Origin: the human T2T-CHM13v2.0 reference genome, Homo sapiens | Assembly: GCF_009914755.1 (NCBI RefSeq) | Contig: NC_060933.1 | Length of the DNA: 64,000 bases | Direction: 5' to 3' (one strand) | Shown here: positions 40,401-55,400 of the stretch, one piece after another | Numbering within the stretch: the stretch's first letter is position 1 | Layout: the number at the start of each line of letters is the position of its first letter | Translations under genes and position numbers: made by a program | The notes under the pieces: generated by a model | Database searches by the model: none | What the model saw: the letters and a program-made list of their open reading frames with translations, nothing else | Told to the model about the DNA's origin: nothing

Positions 40401-43400
40401 TCCATTCCATTCCATTCCATTCCATTCCATTCCATTCCATTGTACTCGGGTTGATTCAATTCCATTGCATTCCATTCCATTCCATTCCATTCCATTCCGT
40501 TGCATTCCATTCCATTACATTCGGATTGATTCTATTCAACTCCCTTACTCTCCATTACATTCCATTCCATTCGGGTTGTTCCATTCCATTCCATTCCATT
40601 CCACTCCATTCCATTGCACTCGGGTTGATTCCATTCCATTCCATTCCATTCCATTCCATTCCGGATGATTCCATTCCATTGCATTCCATTCCATTACATT
40701 CCCCTGCACTCGCGTTGATTCCATTCCATTCCATTCCATTCCATTCAATTCCATTCCATTACAATTCGTTCCATTCCATTCTATTCCGTACCATTCCATT
40801 CCATTCCATACCATTCCATTCCATTCCATTCCATTCCATTCCGTTCCATTCCGTTCCATTCCATTCCATTCCATTCTATTCGGATTAATTCCATTCCATT
40901 CCATTCCATTCCATTCAATTCTATTCCATTCCATTGCAATCGAGTTGAATCCATTGCATTTCATTCCATTCCATTCCATTCCATTCCGGAAGATTCCATT
41001 CCATTGCATTCCATTCCATTCCATTCCCCTGCACTCGCGTTGATTCCATTCCATTCCATTCCATTCCATTCCATTCCGTTCCGTTCCATTCCATTCCATT
41101 CCATTCCATTCCATTCCGTTCCGTTCCATTCCATTCCATTCCATTCTATTCGGGTTAATTCCATTCCATTCCATTCGATTGCAATCGAGTTGATTCCATT
41201 CCATTCCATTCCATTCCATTCCATTCCATTCCATTCCATTCCTTTCCATTCCATTACGGATGATTCCATTCCATTGCATTCCATTCCATTCCATTCCCCT
41301 GTACTCGGGTTGATTCCATTCCATTCCATTCCAATCCATGCCATTCCACTCGTGTTGATTGCATTCTTTCCATTCCATTCAAGTTGAATCCATTCCATTG
41401 CATTCCATTCCATTCGATTCCATTCGATTGCACTCGGGTTGATTCCATTCCATTGCATTCCATTCCATTCCATTCCATTCCATTCCATTCCATTCCGTTC
41501 CATTCCATTACTTACGGATTGATTCTATTCAATTCCCTTACACTCCATTACATTCCATTCCATTCGGGTAGTTTCCATTCCATTCCATTCCATTCCTCTC
41601 CATTCCATTGCACTCGGGTTGATTCCATTCCATTGCATTCCATTCCATTCCATTCAATTCCATTCCGTTCCATTCCATTCCATTACATTCGGATTGATTC
41701 TATTCAACTCCCTTACTCTCCATTACATTCCATTCCATTCGGGTTGTTCCATTCCATTCCATTCCATTCCACTCCATTCCATTGCACTCGGGTTGATTCC
41801 ATTCCATTCCATTCCATTCCATTCCATTCCATTCCATTCCATTGCATTCCATTCCATTGCATTCCATTCCATTCCATTCCCCTGCACTCGCGTTGATTCC
41901 ATTCCATTCCATTCCATTCTATTCCATTCCATTCCATTCCATTCCATTCCATTCCTTTCCGTTCCATTCCATTCCATTCCATTCCATTCCAATCCATTCC
42001 ATTCCGTTCTGTTCCGTTCCATTCCATTCCATTCCATTCTATTCGGTTTAATTCCATTCCATTCCATTCGATTGCAATCGAGTTGATTCCATTCCATTCC
42101 ATTCCATTCCATTCCATTCCATTCCTTTCCATTCCATTACGGATGATTCCATTCCATTGCATTCCATTCCATTCCATTCCCCTGTACTCGGGTTGATTCC
42201 ATTCCATTCCATTCCAATCCATGCCATTCCACTCGTGTTGATTCCATTCTTTCCATTCCATTCAAGTTGAATTCATTCCATTGCATTCCATTCCATTCCA
42301 TTCCCCTGCAGTCTGGTTGTTTCCATTCCATTCCATTCAATTCCGTTCCGTTCCATTCCATTCCATTCCATTCTATTCGGGTTAATTCCATTCCATTCCA
42401 TTCCTTTCCATTCCATTCCATTCCAATCGAGTTGATTCCATTCCATTCCATTCCATTCCATTCCACTCCATTCCAGTCCTTTCCATTCCATTCCACTCGG
42501 GTTGATTCCAATGTATTCCTTCCCATTCCATTCCATTCCATTGCAATCGAGTTGAATCCATTGCTTTGCATTCCGTTCTATTCCATTCCATTCCGGATGA
42601 TTCCATTCCATTGCATTCCATTCCATTCCATTCCCCTGCACTCGGGTTGATTCCATTCCATTCCACTCCATTCTGTTCCATTCCATTCCATTGCATTGTA
42701 TTCGCGTTAATTCCATTCCATTCCATTCCATTCCATTCCATTCCATTACAATCGAGTTAATTCCATTCCATTCCATTCCATTCCAGTCCTTTCCATTCCA
42801 TTCCTCTCGGGTTGATTCCATTCTATTAGTTTCCATTCCATTCCATTCCCTTCCATTCCACTCTGGTTGATTCCATTCCTTTCCATTCCACTCGAATACA
42901 TTCCCTCCTATTCCACTCGGAACGATTCCATTCCATTCCACTCCATTCCATTCCATTCTATTCCATTCCATTCCATTTCGTTCCATTACATTCTATTCCG
43001 TATCATTCCATTCCATTCCATTGCATTCCATTGCATTCCATTCCATTCCATTGTACTCGGGTTGATTCAATTCCATTGCATTCCATTCCATTCCATTCCA
43101 TTCCATTCTGTTGCATTCCATTCCATTACATTCGGATTGATTCTATTCAACTCCCTTACTCTCCATTACATTCCATTCCATTCGGGTTGTTCCATTACAT
43201 TCCATTCCATTCCACTCCATTCCATTGCACTCGGGTTGATTCCATTCCATTCCATTCCATTCCATTCCATTCCATTCCATTCCATTCCGGATGATTCCAT
43301 TCCATTGCATTCCGTTCCATTACATTCCCCTGCACTCGCGTTGATTCCATTCCATTCCATTCCATTCCATTCAATTCCATTCCATTACAATTCGTTCCAT

Positions 43401-46400
43401 TCCATTCTATTCCGTACCATTCCATTCCATTCCATTCCATACCATTCCATTCCATTCCATTCCATTCCATTCCGTTCCATTCCGTTCCATTCCATTCCAT
43501 TCCATTCTATTCGAATTAATTCCATTCCATTTCATTCCATTCCATTCTATTCCATTCCATTGCAATCGAGTTGAATCCATTGCATTTCATTCAATTCCAT
43601 TCCATTCCATTCCATTCCGGAAGACTCCATTCCATTGCATTCCATTCCATTCCATTCCCCTGCACTCGCGTTGATTCCATTCCATTCCATTCCATTCCAT
43701 TCCATTCCATTCCATTCCATTCCATTCCATTCCATTCCGTTCCGTACCATTCTATTCTATTCGGGTTAATTCCATTCCATTCCATTCGATTGCAATCTCG
43801 TTGATTCCATTCCATTCCATTCCATTCCATTCCATTCCTTTCCATTCCATTACGGATGATTCCATTCCATTGCATTCCATTCCATTCCATTCCCCTGTAC
43901 TCGGGTTGATTCCATTCCATTCCATTCCAATCCATGCCATTCCACTCGTGTTGATTCCATTCTTTCCATTCCATTCAAGTTGAATCCATTCCATTGCATT
44001 CCATTCCATTCGATTCCATTCGATTGCACTCGGGTTGATTCCATTCCATTGCATTCCATTCCATTCAATTCCATTCCATTCCATTCCATTCCGTTCCATA
44101 CCATTCCATTACATTCGGATTGATTCTATTCAATTCCCTTACACTCCATTACATTCCATTCCATTCGGGTAGTTTCCATTCCATTCCATTCCATTCCTCT
44201 CCATTCCATTGCACTCGGGTTGATTCCATTCCATTGCATTCCATTCCATTCCATTCAATTCCATTGCGTTCCATTCCATTCCATTACATTCGGATTGATT
44301 CTATTCAACTCCCTTACTCTCCATTACATTCCATTCCATTCGGGTTGTTCCATTCCATTCCATTCCATTCCACTCCATTCCATTGCACTCGGGTTGATTC
44401 CATTCCATTCCATTCCATTCCATTCCATTCCGGAAGATTCCATTCCATTACATTCCATTCCATTCCATTCCCCTGCACTCGTGTTGATTCCATTGCATTC
44501 CATTCTATTCCATTCCATTCCCTTCCTTTCCGTTCCACTCCATTCCATTCCATTCCATTCCATTCCGTTCCGTTCCATTCCATTCCATTCCATTCTATTC
44601 GGGTTAATTCCATTCCATTCCATTCGATTGCAATCGAGTTGATTCCATTCCATTCCATTCCATTCCATTCCATTCCATTCCATTCCATTCCTTTCCATTC
44701 CATTACGGATGATTCCATTCCATTGCATTCCATTCCATTCCATTCCCCTGTACTCGGGTTGATTCCATTCCATTCCATTCCAATCCATGGCATTCCACTC
44801 GTGTTGATTCCATTCTTTCCATTCCATTCAAGTTGAATCCATTCCATTGCATTCCATTCCATTCGATTCCATTCGATTGCACTCGGGTTGATTCCATTCC
44901 ATTGCATTCCATTCCAGTCGATTCCATTCCATTCCATTCCATTCCATTCCATTCCGTTCCATTCCATTCCATTACATTCGGATTGATTCTATTCAATTCC
45001 GTTACACTCCATTACATTCCATTCCATTCGGGTAGTTTCCATTCCATTCCATTCCATTCCTCTCCATTCCATTGCACTCGGGTTGATTCCATTCCATTCC
45101 ATTCCATTCAATTCCATTCCGTTCCATTCCATTCCATTACATTCGGATTGATTCTATTCAACTCCCTTACTCTCCATTACATTCCATTCCATTCGGGTTG
45201 TTCCATTCCATTCCATTCCATTCCACTCCATTCCATTGCACTCGGGTTTATTCCATTCCATTCCATTCCATTCCATTCCATTCCGTTCCGTTCCATTCCA
45301 TTCCATTCCATTCTATTCGGGTTAATTCCATTCCATTCCATTCCATTCCATTCCAATCGAGTTGATTCCATTCCATTCCATTCCATTCCATTCCACTCCA
45401 TTCCAGTCCTTTCCATTCCATTCCACTCGGGTTGATTCCAATGTATTCCTTTCCATTCCATTTCATTCCATTGCAATCGAGTTGATTCCATTGTTTTGCA
45501 TTCCATTCCTTTCCATTCCATTCCGGATGATTACATTCCATTGCATTCCATTCCATTCCATTCTCCTGCACTCGGGTTGATTCCATTCCATTCCACTCCA
45601 TTCCGTTCCATTCCATTCCATTCCATTGTATTCGGGTTAATTCCATTCCATTGCATTCCATTCCATTCCATTCCATTACAATCGAGTTGATTCCATTCCA
45701 TTCCATTCCATTCCAGTCCTTTCCATTCCATTCCACTTGGGTTGATTCCATTCTATTAGTTTCCATTCCATTCCATTCCCTTCCATTCCACTCTGGTTGA
45801 TACCTTTAATTTCCATTCCACTCGAATACATTCCCTCCTATTCCACTCGGAACGATTCCATTCCATTCCATTCCATTCCATTCCATTCCATTCCATTCCA
45901 TTCCATTGTACTCGGGTTGATTCAATTCCATTGCATTCCATTCCATTCCATTCCATTCCATTCCGTTGCATTCCATTCCATTACATTCGGATTGATTCTA
46001 TTCAACTCCCTTACTCTCCATTACATTCCATTCCATTCGGGTTGTTCCATTCCATTCCATTCCATTCCACTCCATTCCATTGCACTCGGGTTGATTCCAT
46101 TCCATTCCATTCCATTCCATTCCATTCCGGATGATTCCATTCCATTGCATTCCGTTCCATTACATTCCGCTGCACTCGCGTTGATTCCATTCCATTCTAT
46201 TCCATTCCATTCAATTCCATTCCATTACAATTCGTTCCATTCCATTCTATTCCGTACCATTCCATTCCATTCCATACCATTCCATTCCATTCCATTCCAT
46301 TCCATTCCGTTCCATTCCGTTCCATTCCATTCCATTCCATTCTATTCGGATTAATTCCATTCCATTCCATTCCATTCCATTCCATTCTATTCCATTCCAT

Positions 46401-49400
46401 TGCAATCGAGTTGAATCCATTGCATTTCATTCCATTCCATTCCATTCCATTCCATTCCGGAAGATTCCATTCCATTGCATTCCATTCCATTCCATTCCCC
46501 TGCACTCGCGTTGATTCCATTCCATTCCATTCCATTCCATTCCATTCCGTTCCGTTCCATTCCATTCCATTCCATTCCATTCCATTCCGTTCCGTTCCAT
46601 TCCATTCCATTCCATTCTATTCGGGTTAATTCCATTCCATTCCATTCGATTGCAATCGAGTTGATTCCATTCCATTCCATTCCATTCCATTCCATTCCAT
46701 TCCTTTCCATTCCATTACGGATGATTCCATTCCATTGCATTCCATTCCATTCCATTCCCCTGTACTCGGGTTGATTCCATTCCATTCCATTCCAATCCAT
46801 GCCATTCCACTCGTATTGATTCCATTCTTTCCATTCCATTCAAGTTGAATCCATTCCATTGCATTCCATTCCATTCGATTCCATTCGATTGCACTCGGGT
46901 TGATTCCATTCCATGGCATTCCATTCCATTCCATTCCATTCCATTCCATTCCGTTCCATTCCATTACTTTCGGATTGATTCTATTCAATTCCCTTACACT
47001 CCATTACATTCCATTCCATTGGGGTAGTTTCCATTCCATTCCATTCCATTCCTCTCCATTCCATTGCACTCGGGTTGATTCCATTCCATAGCATTCCATT
47101 CCATTCCATTCAATTCCATTCCGTTCCATTCCATTCCATTACATTCGGATTGATTCTATTCAACTCCCTTACTCTCCATTACATTCCATTCCATTCGGGT
47201 TGTTCCATTCCATTCCATTCCATTCCACTCCATTCCATTGCACTCGGGTTGATTCCATTCCATTCCATTCCATTCCATTCCATTCCATTCCATTCCATTG
47301 CATTCCATTCCATTCCATTCCCCTGCACTCGCGTTGATTCCATTCCATTCCATTCCATTCTATTCCATTCCATTCCATTCCATTCCATTCCATTCCATTC
47401 CTTTCCGTTCCATTCCATTCCATTCCATTCCATTCCAATCCATTCCATTCCGTTCTGTTCCGTTCCATTCCATTCCATTCCATTCTATTCGGTTTAATTC
47501 CATTCCATTCCATTCGATTGCAATCGAGTTGATTCCATTCCATTCCATTCCATTCCATTCCATTCCATTCCTTTCCATTCCATTACGGATGATTCCATTC
47601 CATTGCATTCCATTCCATTCCATTCCCCTGTACTCGGGTTGATTCCATTCCATTCCATTCCAATCCATGCCATTCCACTCGTGTTGATTCCATTCTTTCC
47701 ATTCCATTCAAGTTGAATTCATTCCATTGCATTCCATTCCATTCCATTCCCCTGCAGTCTGGTTGTTTCCATTCCATGCCATTCCATTCCGTTCCGTTCC
47801 ATTCCATTCCATTCCATTCTATTCGGGTTAATTCCATTCCATTCCATTCCTTTCCATTCCATTCCATTCCAATCGAGTTGATTCCATTCCATTCCATTCC
47901 ATTCCATTCCACTCCATTCCAGTCCTTTCCATTCCATTCCACTCGGGTTGATTCCAATGTATTCCTTCCCATTCCATTCCATTCCATTGCAATCGAGTTG
48001 AATCCATTGCTTTGCATTCCGTTCTATTCCATTCCATTCCGGATGATTCCATTCCATTGCATTCCATTCCATTCCATTCCCCTGCACTCGGGTTGATTCC
48101 ATTCCATTCCACTCCATTCCCTTCCATTCCATTCCATTGCATTGTATTCGCGTTAATTCCATTCCATTCCATTCCATTCCATTCCATTCCATTACAATCG
48201 AGTTAATTCCATTCCATTCCATTCCATTCCAGTCCTTTCCATTCCATTCCTCTCGGGTTGATTCCATTCTATTAGTTTCCATTCCATTCCATTCCCTTCC
48301 ATTCCACTCTGGTTGATTCCATTCCTTTCCATTCCACTCGAATACATTCCCTCCTATTCCACTCGGAACGATTCCATTCCATTGCACTCCATTCCATTCC
48401 ATTCCACTCCATTCCATTCCATTTCGTTCCATTACATTCTATTCCGTATCATTCCATTCCATTCCATTCCATTCCATTCCATTCCATTGCATTGTACTCG
48501 GGTTGATTCAATTCCATTGCATTCCATTCCATTCCATTCCATTCCATTCTGTTGCATTCCATTCCATTACATTCGGATTGATTCTATTCAACTCCCTTAC
48601 TCTCCATTACATTCCATTCCATTCGGGTTGTTCCATTACATTCCATTCCATTCCACTCCATTCCATTGCACTCGGGTTGATTCCATTCCATTCCATTCCA
48701 TTCCATTCCATTCCATTCCGGATGATTCCATTCCATTGCATTCCGTTCCATTACATTCCCCTGCACTCCCTTTGATTCCATTCCATTCCATTCCATTCCA
48801 TTCAATTCCATTCCATTACAATTCGTTCCATTCCATTCTATTCCGTACCATTCCATTCCATTCCATTCCATACCATTCCATTCCATTCCATTCCATTCCA
48901 TTTCGTTCCATTCCGTTCCATTCCATTCCATTCCATTCTATTCGAATTAATTCCATTCCATTTCATTCCATTCCATTCTATTCCATTCCATTGCAATCGA
49001 GTTGAATCCATTGCATTTCATTCAATTCCATTCCATTCCATTCCATTCCGGAAGACTCCATTCCATTGCATTCCATTCCATTCCATTCCCCTGCACTCGC
49101 GTTGATTCCATTCCATTCCATTCCATTCCATTCCATTCCATTCCATTCCGTTCCGTACCATTCCATTCTATTCGGGTTAATTCCATTCCATTCCATTCGA
49201 TTGCAATCGAGTTGATTCCATTCCATTCCATTCCATTCCATTGCATTCCATTCCATTCCTTTCCATTCCATTACGGATGATTCCATTCCATTGCATTCCA
49301 TTCCATTCCATTCCCCTGTACTCGGGTTGATTCCATTCCATTCCATTCCAATCCATGCCATTCCACTCGTGTTGATTCCATTCTTTCCATTCCATTCAAG

Positions 49401-52400
49401 TTGAATCCATTCCATTGCATTCCATTCCATTCGATTCCATTCGATTGCACTCGGGTTGATTCCATTCCATTGCATTCCATTCCATTCCATTCCATTCCAT
49501 TCCATTCCATTCCATTCCGTTCCATACCATTCCATTACATTCGGATTGATTCTATTCAATTCCCTTACACTCCATTACATTCCATTCCATTTGGGTAGTT
49601 TCCATTCCATTCCATTCCATTCCTCTCCATTCCATTGCACTCGGGTTGATTCCATTCCATTGCATTCCATTCCATTCCATTCAATTCCATTGCGTTCCAT
49701 TCCATTCCATTACATTCGGATTGATTCTATTCAACTCCCTTACTCTCCATTACATTCCATTCCATTCGGGTTGTTCCATTCCATTCCATTCCATTCCACT
49801 CCATTCCATTGCACTCGGGTTGATTCCATTCCATTCCATTCCATTCCATTCCATTCCCTTCCTTTCCGTTCCACTCCATTCCATTCCATTCCATTCCATT
49901 CCATTCCATTCCGTTCCGTTCCATTCCATTCCATTCCATTCTATTCGGGTTAATTCCATTCCATTCCATTCGATTGCAATCGAGTTGATTCCATTCCATT
50001 CCATTCCATTCCATTCCATTCCATTCCTTTCCATTCCATTACGGATGATTCCATTCCATTGCATTCCATTCCATTCCATTCCCCTATACTCGGGTTGATT
50101 CCATTCCATTCCATTCCAATCCATGCCATTCCACTCGTGTTGATTCCATTCTTTCCATTCCATTCAAGTTGAATCCATTCCATTGCATTCCATTCCATTC
50201 GATTCCATTCGATTGCACTCGGGTTGATTCCATTCCATTGCATTCCATTCCATTCCATTCCGTTCCATTCCATTCCATTCCGTTCCATTCCATTTCATTA
50301 CATTCAGATTGATTCTATTCAATTCCCTTACACTCCATTATATTCCAATCCATTCTGGTTGTCTCCATTCCATTCCATTCCATTTCACTCCATTCCATTG
50401 CTCTCGGGTTGATTCCATTACATTCCATTCCATTGCATTCCATTCCATTCCATTCCGGATGATTCCATTCCATTGCATTCCATTCCATTCCATTCCCCTG
50501 CACTCGGGTTGATTCCATTCCATTCCATTACATTACATTCCGTTCTATTCCATTCCATTCCATTCGGATTGATTCTATTCAATTCCCTTACACTCCATTA
50601 CATTCCATTCCATTCGGGTAGTTTCCATTCCATTCCATTCCATTCCTCTCCATTCCATTGCACTCGGGTTGATTCAATTCCATTCCATTCCGTTCCATTC
50701 CATTACATTACATTACATTACATTCCGTTCCATTGTACTCGGGTTGATTCCATTCCATTGCATTCCATTCCATTCCATTCCATTCCATTCCGTTCCATTC
50801 CATTACATTCGGATTGATTCTGTTCAACTCCCTTACTCTCCATTACATTCCATTCCATTCGGGTTGTTCCATTCCATTCCATTCCATTCCACTCCATTCC
50901 ATTGCGCTTGGGTTGATTCCATTCCATTCCATTCCATTCCATTCCATTCCAATTCTTTCCATTCCATTCTATTCCGTACCATTCCATTCCATTCCATACA
51001 ATTCCATTCCATTCCTTTCCACTCCGTTCCGTTCCGTTCCGTTCTGTTCCATTCCATTCCATTCCATTCCATTCTATTCGGTTTAATTCCATTCCATTCC
51101 ATTCCATTCCATTCCATTCTATTCCATTCCATTGCAATCGAGTTGAATCCATTGCATTCCATTCCATTCCATTCCATTCCATTCCATTCCGGAAGATTCC
51201 ATTCCATTGCATTCCATTCCATTCCATTCCATTCCATTCCATTCCATTCCATTGTACTTGGGTTGATTCCATTCCATTGCATTCCATTCCATTCCATTCC
51301 ATTCCATTCCATTCCGTTCCATTCCATTCCATTACATTCGGATTGATTCTTTTCAACTCCCTTACTCTCCATTACATTCCATTCCATTCGGGTTGTTCCA
51401 TTCCATTCCATTCCATTCCACTCCATTCCATTGCACTCGGGTTGATTCCATTCCATTACATTCCATTCCATTCCGGATGATTCCATTCTATTGCATTCCG
51501 TTCCATTACATTCCCCTGCACTCGGGTTGATTCCATTCCATTCCTTTCCATTCCATTCGATTCCATTCCATTCCCCTGCACTCGCGTTGATTCCATTCCA
51601 TTCCATTCCATTCCATTCCATTCCATTCCATTCCTTTCCGTTCCATTCCATTCCATTCCATTCCATTCCGTTCCGTTCCATTCCATTCCATTCCATTCTA
51701 TTCGGGTTAATTCCATTCCATTCCATTCGATTGCAATCGAGTTGATTCCATTCCATTCCATTCCATTCCATTCCATTCCATTCCATTCCATTCCTTTCCA
51801 TTCCATAACGGATGATTCCATTCCATTGCATTCCATTCCATTCCATTCCCCTGTACTCAGGTTGATTCCATTCCATTCCATTCCAATCCATGCCATTCCA
51901 CTCGTGTTGATTCCATTCTTTCCATTCCATTCAAGTTGAATCTATTCCATTGCCTTCCATTCCATTCCATTCCCCTGCAGTCGGGTTGATTCCATTCCAT
52001 TCCATTCCATTCCATTCCATTCCATTCCATTCCATTCCGTTCCGTTCCATTCCATTCCATTCCATTCTATTCGGGTTAATTCCATTCCATTCCATTCCAT
52101 TGCATTCCAATCGAGTTGATTCCATTCCATTCCATTCCATTCCAGTCCATTCCAGTCCTTTCCATTCCATTCCACTCGGGTTGATTCCAATGTATTCCTT
52201 TCCAATCCATTCCATTCCATTGCAATCGAGTTGATTCCATTGCTTTGCATTCCATTCCATTCCATTCCATTCCGGATGATTCCATTCCATTGCATTCCAT
52301 TCCATTCCATTCCCCAGCACTCGGGTTGATTCCATTCCATTCCATTCCATTCCATTCCATTCCATTTCGTTCCATTCCATTCTATTCCGTATCATTCCAT

Positions 52401-55400
52401 TCCATTCCATTCCATTCCATTCCATTCCATTCCATTCCATTGTACTCGGGTTGATTCAATTCCATTGCATTCCATTCCATTCCATTCCATTCCATTCCAT
52501 TCCGTTGCATTCCATTCCATTACTTTCGGATTCATTCTATTCAACTCCCTTACTCTCCATTACATTCCATTCCATTCTGGTTGTTCCATTCCATTCCATT
52601 CCATTCCACTCCATTCCATTGCACTCGGGTTGATTCCATTCCATTCCATTCCATTCCATTCCATTCCGGATGATTCCATTCCATTGCATTCCTTTCCATT
52701 ACATTCCCCTGCACTCGCGTTGATTCCATTGCATTCCATTCCATTACATTCAATTCCATTCCATTTCAATTCGTTCCATTCCATTCTATTCCGTACCATT
52801 CCATTCCATTCCCTACAATTCCATTCCATTCCATTCCGTTCCATTCCGTTCCATTGCATTCCATTCCATTCTATTCGGATTAATTCCATTCCATTCCATT
52901 CCATTCCATTCTATTCCATTCCATTGCAATCGAGTTGACTCCATTGCATTTCATTCCATTCCATTCCATTCCATTCCATTCCGGAAGATTCCATTCCATT
53001 GCATTCCATTCCATTCCATTCCCCTGCACTCGCGTTGATTCCATTCCATTCCATTCCATTCCGTTCCGTTCCATTCCATTCCATTCCATTCCATTCCATT
53101 CCGTTCCGTTCCATTCCATTCCATTCCATTCTATTCGGGTTAATTCCATTCCATTCCATTCGATTGCAATCGATTTGATTCCATTCCATTCCATTCCACT
53201 CCATTCCATTCCATTCCATTCCATTCCATTCCTTTCCATTCCATTACGGTTGATTCCATTCCATTTCATTCCATTCCATTCCATTCCTCTGTACTCGGGT
53301 TGATTCCATTCCATCCCATTCCAATCCATGCCATTCCACTCGTGTTGATTCCATTCTTTCCATTCCATTCAAGTTGAATCCATTCCATTGCATTCCATTC
53401 CATTCGATTCCATTTGATTGCACTCGGTTTGATTCCATTCCATTGCATTCCATTCCATTCCATTCCATTCCATTCCATTCCATTCCGTTCCATTCCCTTC
53501 CATTACATTCGGATTGATTCTATTCAATTCCCTTACACTCCATTACATTCCATTCGGGTAGTTTCCATTGCATTCCATTCCATTCCTCTCCATTCCATTG
53601 CACTCGGGTTGATTCCATTCCATTGCATTCCATTCCATTCCATTCAATTCCATTCCGTTCCATTCCATTCCATTACATTCGGATTGATTCTATTCAACTC
53701 CCTTACTCTCCATTACATTCCATTCCATTCGGGTTGTTCCATTCCATTCCATTCCATTCCACTCCATTCCATTGCAATCGGGTTGATTCCATTCAATTCC
53801 ATTCCATTCCATTCCATTCCATTCCGGAAGATTCCATTCCATTGCATTCCATTCCATTCCATTCTCCTGCACTCGCGTTGATTCCATTCCATTCCATTCT
53901 ATTCCATTCCATTCCCTTCCTTTCCGTTCCATTCCATTCCATTCCATTCCATTCCATTCCGTTCCGTTCCGTTCCATTCCATTCCATTCCATTCTATTCG
54001 GGTTAATTCCACTCCATTCCATTCGATTGCAATCGAGTTGATTCCATTCCATTCCATTCCATTCCATTCCATTCCTTTCCATTCCATTACGGATGATTCC
54101 ATTCCATTGCATTCCATTCCATTCCATTCCGCTGTACTCGGGTTGATTCCATTCCATTACATTCCAATCCATGCCATTCCACTCGTGTTGATTCCATTCT
54201 TTCCATTCCATTCAAGTTGAATCCATTCCATTGCATTCCATTCCATTCGATTCCATTCGATTGCACTCGGGTTGATTCCATTCCACTGCATTCCATTCCA
54301 TTCCATTCCATTCCATTCCATTCCATTCCGTTCCATTCCATTCCATTACATTCGGATTGATTCTATTCAATTCCCTTAGACTCCATTACATTCCATTCCA
54401 TTCGGGTAGTTTCCATTCCATTCCATTCCATTTCTCTCCATTCCATTGAACTCGGGTTGATTCCATTCCATTCCATTCCATTCCATTCCATTCAATTCCA
54501 TTCCGTTCCATTCCATTCCATTACATTCGGATTGATTCTATTCAACTCCCTTACTCTCCATTACATTCCATTCCATTCGGGTTGTTCCATTCCATTCCAT
54601 TCCATTTCACTCCATTCCATTGCACTCGGGTTTATTCCATTCCATTCCATTCCATTCCATTCCATTCCATTCCATTCCGGAAGATTCCATTCCATTGCAT
54701 TCCATTCCATTCCATTGCCCTGCACTCGCGTTGATTCCATTCCATTCCATTCCATTCCATTCCATTCCATTCCATTCCTTTCCGTTCCATTCCATTCCAT
54801 TCCATTCCATTCCAATCCATTCCATTCCGTTCCGTTCCATTCCATTCCATTCCATTCCATTCTATTCGGGTTAATTGCATTCCATTCCGTTCGATTACAA
54901 TCGAGTTGATTCCATTCCATTCCATTCCATTCCATTCCATTCCTTTCCATTCCATTACGGATATTTCCATTCCATTGCATTCCATTCCATTCCATTCCTC
55001 TGTACTCGGGTTGATTCCATTCCATTCCATTCCAATCCATGCCATTCCACTCGTGTTGATTCCATTCTTTCCATTTCATTCAAGTTGAATCCATTCCTTT
55101 GCATTCCATTCCATTCCATTCCCCTGCAGTCGGGTTGTTTCCATTCCATTCCATTCCATTCCCCTGCTGTCGGGTTGTTTCCATTCCATTCCATTCCATT
55201 CCATTCCATTCCATTCCGTTCCGTTCCATTCCATTCCATTCCATTCTATTCGGTTTAATTCCATTCCATTCCATTCCATTCCATTCCATTCCATTCCAAT
55301 CGAGTTGATTCCATTCCATTCCATTCCATTCCATTGCACTTCATTCCAGTCCTTTCCATTCCATTCCACTCGGGTTGATTCCAATGTATTCCTTTCCATT

